A stretch of 64,000 nucleotides of DNA from assembly GCA_964270895.1 (NCBI GenBank), contig OZ185444.1; one strand, written 5' to 3'. This stretch comes from Podarcis filfolensis (Eukaryota). Below are positions 52,611 to 64,000 of the stretch, piece after piece (position 1 is the first letter of the stretch; the number at the start of each line of letters is the position of its first letter). The notes below the pieces were generated by a model. It saw nothing but the letters and a program-made list of their open reading frames with translations, made no database searches and was not told the origin of the DNA. The position numbers and the translations under genes were made by a program.

Positions 52611-52715
52611 GGTGGGGATGGGAAACTAGTGCCCTCCAGATGTTGTTACTATCATGACCCATATCCAAGGATAATGGAAGCTGTACCAGCAATGTCTGGA
52701 GGGCCTCAGGATTTC
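52611..52715. mobile_element. Degenerate short hAT MITE (family of 9352)
   Basis: gccctccagatgttg...caatgtctggagggcc inverted arms. Confidence 0.6.
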
Positions 52716-54142
52716 TGTTTGAATCCAAGGCTGCAGCAATGGGGGAAGCAAGGTCCTCTTGGGGTTTTGTTTCTGTGAACCCCTACATCTCATGCTCAGG
52801 TTGCGTAAATATATCATAAAGACACCATAGTCTCTGCTTTGCCTTGCTACCAAAATGAAACACGAACTCTGGGTAAGTGCCTGGAACCCCTGGAATCTCG
52901 TAGTGCTCAGAGATTGGGGTGGCGTGCGACAATATTTTAACTTTTGAATGTTTTTTAAGTGTAATTTTTTCTTGGTTTTCATGTTTGAGTGTGTTTTTTT
53001 TTACTTACAATCAAGCAGTGTATACACCTTATGAAATAAATAAAAATAATAAATTATGTGTAGTGAATAGGCTGGAACATCACACCTCAAGTAAAATTTA
53101 TGAACTAATAAATCACTGTTAAACTTCAAGGGGGGGGCCGGATCTGTCTTACCAGGTCTAGTGCTAGTCAATATTTTAATTCATTACTTAAAAGAAGGGA
53201 AATGCATCTAATTTATACATGCAACAGAACAAAATATGTGAATTTATTGAATAACCCTACACTGAATCAGTCTAAATGTATGTTTTTTCCTCAGCCTCCC
53301 TTGCAGTTTCCCCCCCTGCCTGGGATAAACTCCAGAAGGTAAAATGGCAATGGAATGGTAGATACTAGGAAGAGGGGTTTGGGGAATCTGTGTATGTTAT
53401 CATGAGCAGCTGCTATCACCAAAGTATTGCACTTTCCCAAAATGTTTAGAGGTACCAAGGCTCCATCTCTCTCTGCAGCAGTGCCTCTGTGCCACCCATG
53501 TTTGCTTAGTTATGTCCCACCTCAGTTATGCCTGTCCTCCCAGTTCTAATTTATACACCCAGATACAGCATCTTGCTCCCAGTCTAGGTGGATTATGGTT
53601 GATAATCTAGCTTTTCGGCCTGTCAGTTGGTGGGGACTGATTCTGTTGTTGCTGCAACCTGCTACATCTAAGCTTTGCTGTGGTGACTCCCAGCTGGTTT
53701 GACCTCAACCCTGCCAATGGTCACAACTTGAAGGAAATGGTGAAATCCACATCTAAAAAGAGGCAAGAGTTTGTTGGGAAGGTTCAAGTGTAGAGCAGAG
53801 AATCCTGCTTGTGCACAGAGTTTGGCCTTGAGGTCTCCTTCAGTCCATTATTCTTCATTGATCTATTCCAATACTTCTAAAGCATCAACAGTATCTATCA
53901 ATCTGCTTCCAGTGAAATCTCTAGAATCTTTTGAGATTTTTTTTTTTAATAAAAAGACTGGTGTATTATTGTGTTCTTTTAGAGATTGTAGATATGTGGT
54001 ACTACTCTCCTGTGGTTCTTTCCTATCTGGAAAACTGGTCGCAGAAGGTGGTGCTGGGAGATTGCTTGGCTATCCCATGACTTCTGGCATGTTAGGTACT
54101 TCAGGGTTCCATCTTGTTTCCCTTGTTTTTTAATATCTACAT

Positions 54143-54430
54143 CAGTGGTTCCCAAATGTTTCTCGCTGTGGACCACTTGAAAATTACTGAAGGTCTTGGT
54201 AGACCACTTCATGACTCTCCTGCTTGTTGTAGCAATTGTAATTAACAGATGCTGTATGATTTTTTAAATGTATTTTTACTGCTTCTTTTAATTCTTATAT
54301 TGTATGTTATTGTATTATAATTTGTAATAAAATAAAATCCAATATAATAAATAAAAGAAGTGCTAAAAATACAAGAAATAAAAATACAGTTAAATTCAAT
54401 GTGAATATTTAATGCTGTGGATATGCCTGT
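54143..54430 (+). mobile_element. hAT/Charlie-like left end with AT-rich body
   Basis: cagtggttcccaaa...gtggaccacttg...gtagaccac; right end not found. Confidence 0.5.
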
Positions 54431-54649
54431 CCTGCTAAACACCCCATTAACTTTGCTCTTAATCTTCTCTGTTCCTTTCAAGGCCACATTTTAGCAATTC
54501 CTGCGTAAGGGGATATCTAGCTAAAGGGAGATTTATCCTCTTCACATTTTTTGTTATGTCTATTAGACTGCAAGCCTGTGAACCTGCACGTCAGACCAAC
54601 TGGGCAGCTGTGTAACAGACGTGTAATCTTTCAAGGGAAAACCATTCCC

Positions 54650-55547
54650 ATATCTACCTTCTGATAAATTCTACAGGAAAAGGACATAGGAGAAGCTGTT
54701 TCCCAGGAACCCAGTTGCATATTTGACTCCTGCTGCTAATGTGCCTCCACCATCCACCGACACCACTCCAAAGAGGCAAGAAACATCCTTGCAATGTTTG
54801 GATGCTCAAAAGCCAAGAACAGTGTGTCACTACCACAATTCAATACAGCCCTGAAATCAAACTTCATTAAGACTCCATGACAACCACCACTTGGTTAGTA
54901 ATCCAGCCAGGCAGCACTTTGGATCCCGCAACCAATGTCTGACTGAGCAACAGGACAGTTTCAAATTCAGCCTTTCAAATACATTTGCAAAATTTACTAA
55001 GATAGGATTTATACTGATCTTAAAAATGTTTAAAGGAGCCTACCCTGCTCCACTTTTTTAAAAGTTTCTCTCACCAACCAAAACACAGCATTCTCCACCC
55101 TTGTGTGTTCAGGGTGCAGGTGCAGGAAAGAAAAAAAAGGCATAAAGTCCCTCATGGGTTTTGAAAATACACCACCTTTGTTGGTTAGTGGGCATCAACA
55201 ATAGTATGGCACGGGGCAAAGATCCTATCATTAAGTGCACTAGTTCCTGGACAAGGTTTCATGCTCAAACCATCTGCTGTGAGTCAGTCTCCTTACCGGC
55301 CCACATCAGTGTGGACTGGTCTGCTTACAGCAACCTGGGAGCACAATGACCCAACAACCCCCTCAGCTGCTGGGGCCATGGACAGAATGCAGCACCCTTA
55401 GATTTTCCAAGAGATACTGCCATTGGCTTCCGCATAGTAGGCCTGCCTACACACGAATGCGGCCAAGTGTCACTCCTGCACCCACAAAAGGGGAGAGATC
55501 ATTTACTCCTGCCTGCACAGGGGCACAAATTGCAGCCCCTTGTTAAG
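54650..55547 (+). repeat. Unclassified ~0.9 kb repeat, copy 1
   Basis: Reverse-complement homology along its length to 61945-62915 (e.g. gactccatgacaaccaccacttggttagta; ccacatcagtgtggactggtc; gggcacaaattgcag). Confidence 0.9.
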
Positions 55548-56936
55548 TCAGGAAGTACATCAAGGGATAACACCAAACCAGTGCTGCAACACTGACATGG
55601 CTCCATCTCCCCCTCCCCCAGTCAGATTGTTCCACACAAATGCCGGACTTAGACATTGCTAGGGGAGTAGAGAAAAAAGTCATAGAGGAGGGACAGTTGC
55701 CCCTCTGACACAAAATATAAATCAGCAGTTGGATTTCTCTAGTCAAGAAACAAGTTGAAAAACTAAAGTAGAGTCAGTTTGAACATGTATGACCCTATGG
55801 CACGTCAGACTCAAGTAATGACTGGAAATATGTAGTTAATTGTTAATTATTCATTTTATTATAATTACTTGCAGTATATTTTATGGGTTAACGACTGCAT
55901 TGTGGGAGAGAAACATTTGGTAGAACAATATCCTGCTGCAGATATTTTGAATTAGAATATACATCATAATCTAGTCCTGTGTTGAATTATGCTTTTAAAA
56001 TGTTATGTTCCTTCTTAAATATGTGTTTTATGTATATCTTTGTATGTTACCCATGAAAACTGACACTTTAATGGGGGTATAAACTGAGATTTGTATTATT
56101 TTTTAGGTTATGCTACTTACAGACTTCATTGTTCTTTTTCCTCTCCCCCCCCCCCCTTTTATCTTTATTGCGGTCCATAGACCCACAGTTTCAAAACAAG
56201 ATACAGTTAAGACAACCAAACAACAGGCGAAAGAGACCGAGGTAGTCGTTTTGTTATGTCTAGGGCATGATGGTCTTTTTTTCTTACGACCTCCGAAAGA
56301 AACTTTGCCACGGTCAGTGTAATATCATTTGACCTATGCTCCAGAAGGTATTTAATATGGGAGGCTTCGCATTTTCCCGATATTGTTCTTTAACTTTAAC
56401 CTTAAAAAAAAAAGTGAGATCAGCATTTCTGCTAAAATTCCTCAATACAGAGGGTAATTTATCTGACTTACTAATTTTAGTTACTAATTTTGTAAGTTTA
56501 AATAAAACCTACCATTTGTGTGTGTGTACACTTACACTTACAAGCAAGAACATATAAAATTGAAGTTAAGAGAAATCCAGGCCTGTTGTTAAAGACTAGA
56601 GGAGTGCTACTCAAGCTCCCCCTCCTCACACATGGCATAATTATCACAATTTTCCTGTGTATATAATATAAACGCTCAAATACATAACTTAGTTCAGACA
56701 GGAATCGCTCCATGGACAAAATATATGCTGCGGACCAAACTCTCAAGGAACCCATTCACCTCACCTTGCTCTTCTTTTACTCTATTTAAATCCTCTCCTA
56801 TCATAGTAGGATGTGGTCTTCATAGTACCACATCAACATTCATGCCAGTGAATTAATTTCTTTATACTTTTATTTAGACCATTTATATACCACTTAACAG
56901 ATAAAAGCAACAAGTATTACAAAAATACATAAGCAG

Positions 56937-57063
56937 CAGTGCTTTTTTTCTGGGGGTACTCAAAAGGCGCATTTAAAAAAAAATGTTAAAAGTGTGGCAC
57001 TTACTGTAACAACTTCATGGTGAGTACCAGCACCATTTTTTCATTATTATTTTTTAAGCATTG
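56937..57063. mobile_element. Short degenerate MITE (cagtgctttttttc...aagcattg)
   Basis: Imperfect inverted ends with internal ggtgagtaccagcacc, as in common lizard MITEs (recalled). Confidence 0.4.
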
Positions 57064-57850
57064 CATAATAACATATACAACTGTAGAATTAATAATTACT
57101 AACCTTTCTAACCTATCTCCCCTCTCAGCCTCCTGGCTCTTACCCAGGACACAAACAAACTCACAACTCAGTCACAAAATATCAAAAAGAAGGATTCTGC
57201 AAACTGCTGACTTCACACTAATTTCTTACTCTAGACGTACTTGTTTATGGGCAGGCACCAAGGTGAATGGAGCTTCCTCAGCCTATGTCCCATTCAACAG
57301 TTAGCTGCCCTCTCCACAGCTAGTCCCAGGTTACGGCAGCTTTGGTGAGTTTCTCAGTGAGTTCCAAAGATGGAGAAAATAACATTCCTCCACACACAGT
57401 TCTTTCTGTCGTTTTTTGCCCATTTCTCCAGCTGCTCTCTCATGCTCCTATGGAGGGGCTTTCATTTGTGGGCAGGCACCAAGATGGATGGAGCACCCTC
57501 ATACTGCCCACAACTATGTCCCATTCGGTAGCGGAGCTCCAATCTCCACATCCACTTTGTATGCAGCATATGACCATAGAACAGTTTAAGGAGCAAAAAC
57601 ACATGGATATGTTGATTACAGAGTTGTGCCCAAATGCCCTCTCAAAATTCTCCACCTGATTTGTGGGCAGAAAAAAATGGGGTATACCATTTCGCCAGAT
57701 TTATCTAGATGGAGAAGAAATTATCCAATAGTTTCTCAATGAATGAACCTCGCTGATAGCAGTGGCAGCAGCACAGCTTGTTTGTTTTCCCCTTGTGTGC
57801 CTGTGAGAGTTTTGCTGCTGTACAATCGTTATGGAGTGCTGCTTGGAGCC

Positions 57851-58012
57851 NNNNNNNNNNNNNNNNNNNNNNNNNNNNNNNNNNNNNNNNNNNNNNNNNN
57901 NNNNNNNNNNNNNNNNNNNNNNNNNNNNNNNNNNNNNNNNNNNNNNNNNNNNNNNNNNNNNNNNNNNNNNNNNNNNNNNNNNNNNNNNNNNNNNNNNNNN
58001 NNNNNNNNNNNN
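57851..58012. other. Assembly gap (162 N)
   Basis: Run of N. Confidence 1.
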
Positions 58013-59213
58013 AAATTCTGCAAAGTGGCCTTCTTCTGGGAGAGGGATGAGAAACAGCAAAACTCATAAATATTCACAATAATGTTTTCATATGCATATA
58101 AAGAGGCCCAAAATGCACATGTCTTAAGCATAGGCTTGTACTCTCATCACCCCTGATCATTGGCCATGCAACATCTAGTGGGCCAAAGGTTTCCCACACC
58201 TGTATTATACCTTACTCCTGTTGGATATTCAGGTGGAATTGACATTGTCCATATGTTCTGAGGTCCTGGGAGTTATTAACATATTTTCCTCAACACTTGC
58301 AGGAGAACAATGCAATGGTATTGCATGGCAGACATTGATCCAAAGTGGAGAAGCATCTGCAAGTAGTGCTGTCATTTTGATTTACCAATTGCCTGTAGTT
58401 TGTATTGCTCCTTATCTCTCTATCCATATCTTCATGGCTGCTCAGTATCTGCACAGATAGAAGTCAATAATTAACCTAGGCTCAGAGCCCAATTAATTCC
58501 TATGCAGACAGTATCAAATAACAGGATTAAAAATCATTTTCCCTTAGCACTTTATTTTTATCACCCGGTCCTTACTCTCTAATTCTCATGTAGCTTTTGC
58601 TGTGAAACCTTTTAAAATCTGCTGCTATTTTGCCCCAGTTTTGTTCCCTCTGCATGCCTATATTTAAAGCAATTTTGTTCTTCCCTCGCAGATTTTGGGG
58701 AGGTTAAGTACGTCCGATGATATCTCACTGATGAGCAAACATTGCATCAGTTTGATAAAGAGATAGAAGGTCTGAATAGAAAAAAAAAGTGGACAGTTTG
58801 ACATTATCGTGGGTAAGTTACCATTTCAACAGCAAAAAGGCACCGAGCCATCTGCCTTTGTGTAACAAATTGTTCCTGTTTGAACGATAATCAGTAAAAG
58901 ATGAGAATCAGTAAAATCAGAGGGCATGTGAGCAATGCCAGCTCAAATACGCAGAGTGGTAGTTTAAAGCCCAGAGAGCCCGTGAAGCCACTGACTGAGT
59001 TGTGTGGCAGCCAGAATGACTGCAGGGGAGCAGGAAACCTCCCACAAGATCCTGGGGTCCCTTCCAACTCTACAATTCTACACCTCTACTTACTAGTCTG
59101 TAGCAATAGGCCTTAATTCCCCTTAGCTTCAATTACTAGTTCTTACTAGTACTAATGTGTGTGTGTGCGCACTAAACAAAAGGTTAGTTTTACTTAAACT
59201 TGTAAAATAATTT

Positions 59214-59309
59214 GTTGTTGTTGTTTAGTCGTTTAGTCATGTACAACTCTTTGTGACCCCATGGACCAGAGCACGCCAGGCACTCCTGTCTTCCACTGCC
59301 TCCCGCATA
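59214..59309 (-). mobile_element. Very short 5'-truncated BovB (RTE) LINE 3' end
   Basis: gttgttgtttagtcgtttagtcatgt...gaccccatggaccagagcacgccagg resembles the reverse complement of the BovB terminus; 11-bp TSD taaaataattt (59203-59213, 59310-59320). Confidence 0.85.
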
Positions 59310-59509
59310 TAAAATAATTTACTTGTTAGTAAAAAGAGAGAGAAATTACCCTCTGTGCTGTGGAACTGTGCGATAGATACTCATTTCACATCTCCTTCTC
59401 TTTTTAAGATGAAGGAGCAAATTCCTTGATACAATGAAGTCTGTTAGTTGCATAACTGAAAACAGAATCTACATCCAATTAACTACATATTTCCAGTCAT
59501 TATTTGATT

Positions 59510-60095
59510 CTTGGTTGGCATCCATCTGTCTTGGAAGAGTGTACTTTTGAGGGGGGGGAGACAAAAAGTTGGAAGTTACAGCGTCTACTGTGGCTGTAGA
59601 GGCCAATACAGGAGAGACATGTTTCATTGCAGTTGGAGCAAATAGAAGTGCCTGGTTTTGCTGCTGCAGATGCACCATGTCATTGCTTCTCTCTGTGCTC
59701 CTCCCAGTGGTCCTCTTTTGGTCACTGCTGTGGATACACGACCTGATTGTCTCCAGGCACTGCAGATGTCTGCAAGGGATTCCCAAATGGCAGGGTTAAT
59801 GTTGCCAGCCTTCATGTCATGTTTGCAGACATCTTTGTAATGCAGAGTCTGGTGCCTGAACCCATCTCTGTAGAGCACAGCCTTGTGGAACCTGCCACCT
59901 TCCATTCTGTGAACATGACCAAGCCAGCATAGACATTGCTGAGACAGGAGTGTGAATATTCTGGGAATGTGGGCTTGGGAGAGCATATAGTTGTTTGACA
60001 GTCTCCTGTCATGTGATGCCCCAAATCTTCCAGATACAGCACATATTGAAGGCATTGAGGTGCATTGTAAGTTGCCCATGTCTCACTACTATAAA
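59510..60095 (-). mobile_element. Degraded RTE-clade LINE 3' portion
   Basis: Frameshifted remnants TLLYSSETWATY, WLGHVHRMEGGR and YKDVCKHDMKAGNINPAIWESLAD match the RTE ORF C-terminus; terminus gacagatggatgccaac. Confidence 0.85.
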
Positions 60096-60466
60096 GCAGT
60101 GTAGTGAGACGTGTGGGCAACTTACCGTATATCCACCAGAAGCGATGCTTCAACACTTTCCACATGCGCTGAGTTAGGAAGGTTTGGGGCATCCTGTAGA
60201 CAGAGACAGAGTCTCAAAGATGTGACATGTCCTATATGTTCAAACTGACACAACCTTAGTTATTTAGCTCTCAGAGAAATTCAATTGCTGATTTATATGT
60301 TGTTTCAGAGGCAGTTGTCACTCCTCTATGGCTTCTTTCTCTACTCCTCTAAGTGAATTCTAAGTCCAGTAATTGTGAGGGACAAGTAGACTGGGGAAAG
60401 AGGAGATGGAACTATGTCATTGTTGTAGCACTGGTTTGGTGTTATCACTTGCCAGTGATGCAGTTA

Positions 60467-60805
60467 CATACCCTCCAACATTTCTCTGATTAAAATAGAG
60501 ACATCCTAGTCAACAACAACAACTTTTCTATTTATACCCCACCAATCTAACTGGGTTGACCCAGCCTCTCTGGACTGCTTCCAAAACATATAAAAACATA
60601 ATAAAACATTAAACCTTTTTTAAAAACTTCCCTATACAGGGCTGCCTTCAGATGGCTCAGGGCTGGATAACTCCATACACTCCATTTCTCCAATGAAAAT
60701 AGGGTTGTCTTAAGGAAAAGCAGGACATTACGGAATCAAATCAGAATCTGAGGTGGCTTCTGTAAATTCAAGACTGTCCCTGGAAAATAGGGACACTTGC
60801 AGGTG
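60467..60805. mobile_element. Composite hAT-like MITE with inverted L2 3' end, copy 1
   Basis: End motif cataccctccaaca...aaaatagagacatcct (60467), inverted L2 terminus, second end motif (60674), right end aaatagggacacttg. Confidence 0.75.
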
Positions 60806-61944
60806 GTTAATTTTAGTCTCTGTCTTAATAGTCTTACATGTGCAGCAGGGTTCTCTTTCGATCAGGAGTGAGGGACCTCGGGTCCAGAGGCCACATACAG
60901 CACTCCAGTCTTCTCTATTTGACCCATTGGACTCTCTCTAGGTCGTGCTCCCTTCTTGGCCAAGCCCTATTTGGGCCTGGCTGACATTTGACCTTGAACT
61001 CTGATAACTCCTGCTTTCCTGGATGGAGGACAGAGAAGGTGTCTGAGTGTGTGCAGAAGCTAGCCTACTGTACAAAGGTAATATTTGCATGCATGGCTCT
61101 GCCCATCTTTGTCTCTGCCCCCTCCCTCCACAAGCATGTGGCCCCCAGAAGGTTAGCCAGAAGGGAAATGAGGCCCTTGGGTTGTAAAAGATTCCCTAAC
61201 CTTGCTTTACATGGTAAGGGAAAATGCGGAAAGTTAGTCCTGTTTCATTTGGCAGCTCTTCTGCAGTCATTCAGCTGACCAGAGCCCTGCCTTATACTTC
61301 TGCCCCCAAGTCCGGGTCTGATGGGACAACTTCCCCTTGTGATCCACCTTCTCCATGTGATCACGGACTGCAGACAGAATTGGAACAGTGCTGTGTGAAG
61401 AAGCTACGATTGTAATGCATAAATCTGCTCTGATATTTCCTTTCCACTGTACTATGTGAACAGAGAATGTAAACTCTGTTACAACTTTTCTATCTTATGA
61501 AAGATGCCATTAATATGGTTTTACAGAATGTAATTTAAACAAAAGCATGTGTTCCAGGGGGAGAGGAATCCTCTGGTGAGCAACCAAGCCTGAAATGGAG
61601 AGCAGCATAGTTGTGCGTTTGCATACTGCAAGAATGGTGTGACTAGGAAAGCCTTCGGGCCAAAGTGATATGAAGAAGTGGTTTTCCTTCCCAGGTGTAC
61701 TTTTGTCATTATTAATTTCCAGGAATACACAAGCAAAAAGCAGAAGCTCGAAAATGCACCGGGAATAAGCCATATTCCACACTGCGTAGGTTAGTAGCTT
61801 AGGGATGAGGGAGAAATTATATTCAGTTTGCATTAAAAAGCAACTCTATCAAATTCACACTTACTGAAACAGCCATCCTTCAAAATTGGCACTTATCTTA
61901 AATTTTGTGAAGCACTTCTGCATCCAAACAGTGTTTACAAAGAT

Positions 61945-62915
61945 GCATATATTAGGTTAAAGGACTGCAATTTGTGCCCCTGCACAGGCACGAGTAAGTG
62001 ATCAGCCCACTTTTGTGGGTGCAAGAGTGTCACTTGTCCGCATTGGTGTGTGGGCAAGCCTACTGTTGTAGAGTCAATGGCAGTTCCCCTTAGGAAATCT
62101 TGGGGTGCTGCATTCCACACATGGCCCCAGCAGCTCGGGGGGCTGTTGAGTTGCAGTGCTCTCAGGTTGCTGGAAGGGCCCACCAGACCAGTCCACACTG
62201 ATGTGGGCCTGCAAGGAGACCAACCCTCAGCAGGCGGCCTGAGTATTGAGCTGCATCATCATCCAGGCATTGGCCCATTCGATGATGGTATGTTTACCCC
62301 ATGGCACACTATAGTTTGTGGGCTATAACCAACAACAATGTGATCTTTTAAAACTCACTCTATGCCATTTATCGCTTCTGTACCTGCATCCTGGGTGTGG
62401 GGTGCAGGCCCAGAATAATGTTTTTCGATTGATGAAATAAACTTTTAAAAAGTGGAGCAGAGTGGGCTTATTTAAACATTTCTCTCAGTTTTATACACAG
62501 AGGCAGAAAGATAAGTATAAATCCTAGCTTAGTAAATTTTGCAAATGTATCTAAAAGGCTGAATTTGAGACTGTCCTGTTGCTCTGTCAGACATTGGTTG
62601 CACGATCCAAATTGCTGCCTGGCTGAATTACTAACCAAGTGATGGTTGTCATGGAGTCTTAATGAAGTTTGATTTCAGGGCTGCATTGAATTGTGATACT
62701 GGCCCACTGTCCCTAACCTTTGAGCATCAAAACATTGCAAGTATGTTGTAAGGTTTCTTGTCTCTTTGGAGTGGTGTCAGTGGATGGTGGAGGCACAGCT
62801 TTCCATATCAGTAGGAGTCAAATCTGCAACCTAGTTCCTGAGAAACAGCTTCTCCCATGTTTGTTCCCCAGTGGAATTTATCAGAATCACAGAATCATAG
62901 AATCAGAAAGATAGA
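61945..62915 (-). repeat. Unclassified ~0.9 kb repeat, copy 2 (inverted)
   Basis: See 54650-55547. Confidence 0.9.
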
Positions 62916-63676
62916 TATTTACATCCTTGTTTAAATCCATTGTCTAACATGCAAGTTTATTGCACCAGTTAACCATGTATGGCTGTTAAGAGTGATTGAA
63001 AGCCTTTATTTGCTTTTCTTCCCCCTTCGATTCAGATGTTGCTGAACTACAACTTCTATCAGCCCCGGCAAGCATGCCAATGGCCAGGAATGGTGCGAAT
63101 AAACTATAGCAATGATATGGGCGATAGATTGCTGTTAATTGCATTCCTTCAAGTTCAAATGAAAGTGTTAGCTGCAGCATTTACTTGGGCTTATTAATAT
63201 GCATTTGACTATTACTGTTATTTAAGCTGTAATAAATAAAAGAGAAGGACACGTCAATCACCAGGACATTAAATTATTATTGCACATCTTACAGGATACA
63301 GAGGGTGAACATAATACAGAACAGAGCCAAGATGAAATTTATCAGAATACATACTTCTGAATGTTTCCACAATTTGTATCTTGTGTATGCTGAGATGTAG
63401 CAACAGCCATTGTAGCCACACTATAGTGTGTTGAATTTATCAAAATTAATTTTGTAAAGTGTTTTTGATCACAGTCCAGGCCTCCAAAACTCTGGGCCTT
63501 CCAAAGATCTGGGGTCTGGGGTTTTGGCCCCATTTCTTCAGCCCTGTGACAATTCATTCTGTTTTACTTGTGGGGTATTTATACCTCTTCCTGTATTTGT
63601 TCACTCCTCCTCACTTCCCTAACTACAAAAAACCTGTTTCTTTTTAATGTGGATTTATTGCACTAGGGTGATAGAG

Positions 63677-64000
63677 CATGCCCTCCAACATTTCCTCCAT
63701 GAAAATAGGGACATCCAGCAGCAGCAGCAGCAACAGCAGTAGCATCATCATACTTATACCCCACCCATCTGACTGGGTTGCCCCAGCCACTGGGCAACTT
63801 CCAACACATATAAAAACAATAATATTTTTTTTTTTACTTCCCTGTACAGGGATGCCTTCAGAAGTCTGCTAAAGGTTGTATAGTTACTTAGCTCCTTGGC
63901 TCAGAGGCTGCATAACTCCATACCCTCCAACATTTCTCCAATAAAAATAGGGGCATCCTAGGGAAAAGTGGGACATTCCAGGATCAGATCAGAAACCAGG
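63677..64000. mobile_element. Composite hAT-like MITE with inverted L2 3' end, copy 2 (runs off the window)
   Basis: Same order of parts as 60467-60805; end motifs at 63677 and 63919. Confidence 0.75.

Noticed and set aside
61935-62198. Similar peptides translated from both copies of the 0.9 kb repeat as evidence of a gene
   Set aside because: Follows from DNA homology; the frames are interrupted differently in each copy and resemble no protein I recognise.
50900-64000. Exons of a neighbouring gene such as RBX1
   Set aside because: No matching peptide or credible exon chain found on either strand.

Overview
Vertebrate genomic DNA from a squamate reptile, probably a lacertid lizard (inferred from a full-length Sauria SINE, BovB/RTE and L2 repeats). 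The window holds the 5' part of the EP300 (p300 histone acetyltransferase) gene on the minus strand. Coding exons 1-16 run from the ATG at 48758 to the exon 16 donor at 137, all with GT-AG junctions and consistent phases. They total 3223 nt (1074 codons + 1 nt) and cover the NLS, LxxLL, TAZ1, KIX and CRD1 regions; the bromodomain, HAT and later exons lie beyond the left edge. A CpG island (~49.1-50.8 kb) spans the promoter and a ~1.5 kb leader. No other gene is visible in the ~13 kb upstream. Introns and upstream DNA carry L2, RTE/BovB, SINE, hAT and Tigger-type insertions, several with target-site duplications (TSDs), plus two N gaps. Best leads: (1) a structured uORF set in the EP300 leader (an ATG-TGA start-stop and a 50-aa Arg-rich uORF followed by an ATG-free spacer); (2) a GC-rich poison-exon candidate in intron 11; (3) two substitutions in the KIX domain; (4) hAT-type elements carrying L2 3' ends; (5) an unclassified ~0.9 kb repeat present as an inverted pair; (6) several fold-back structures. 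Comparisons to human EP300 and to repeat consensuses are from memory and need confirming by alignment.
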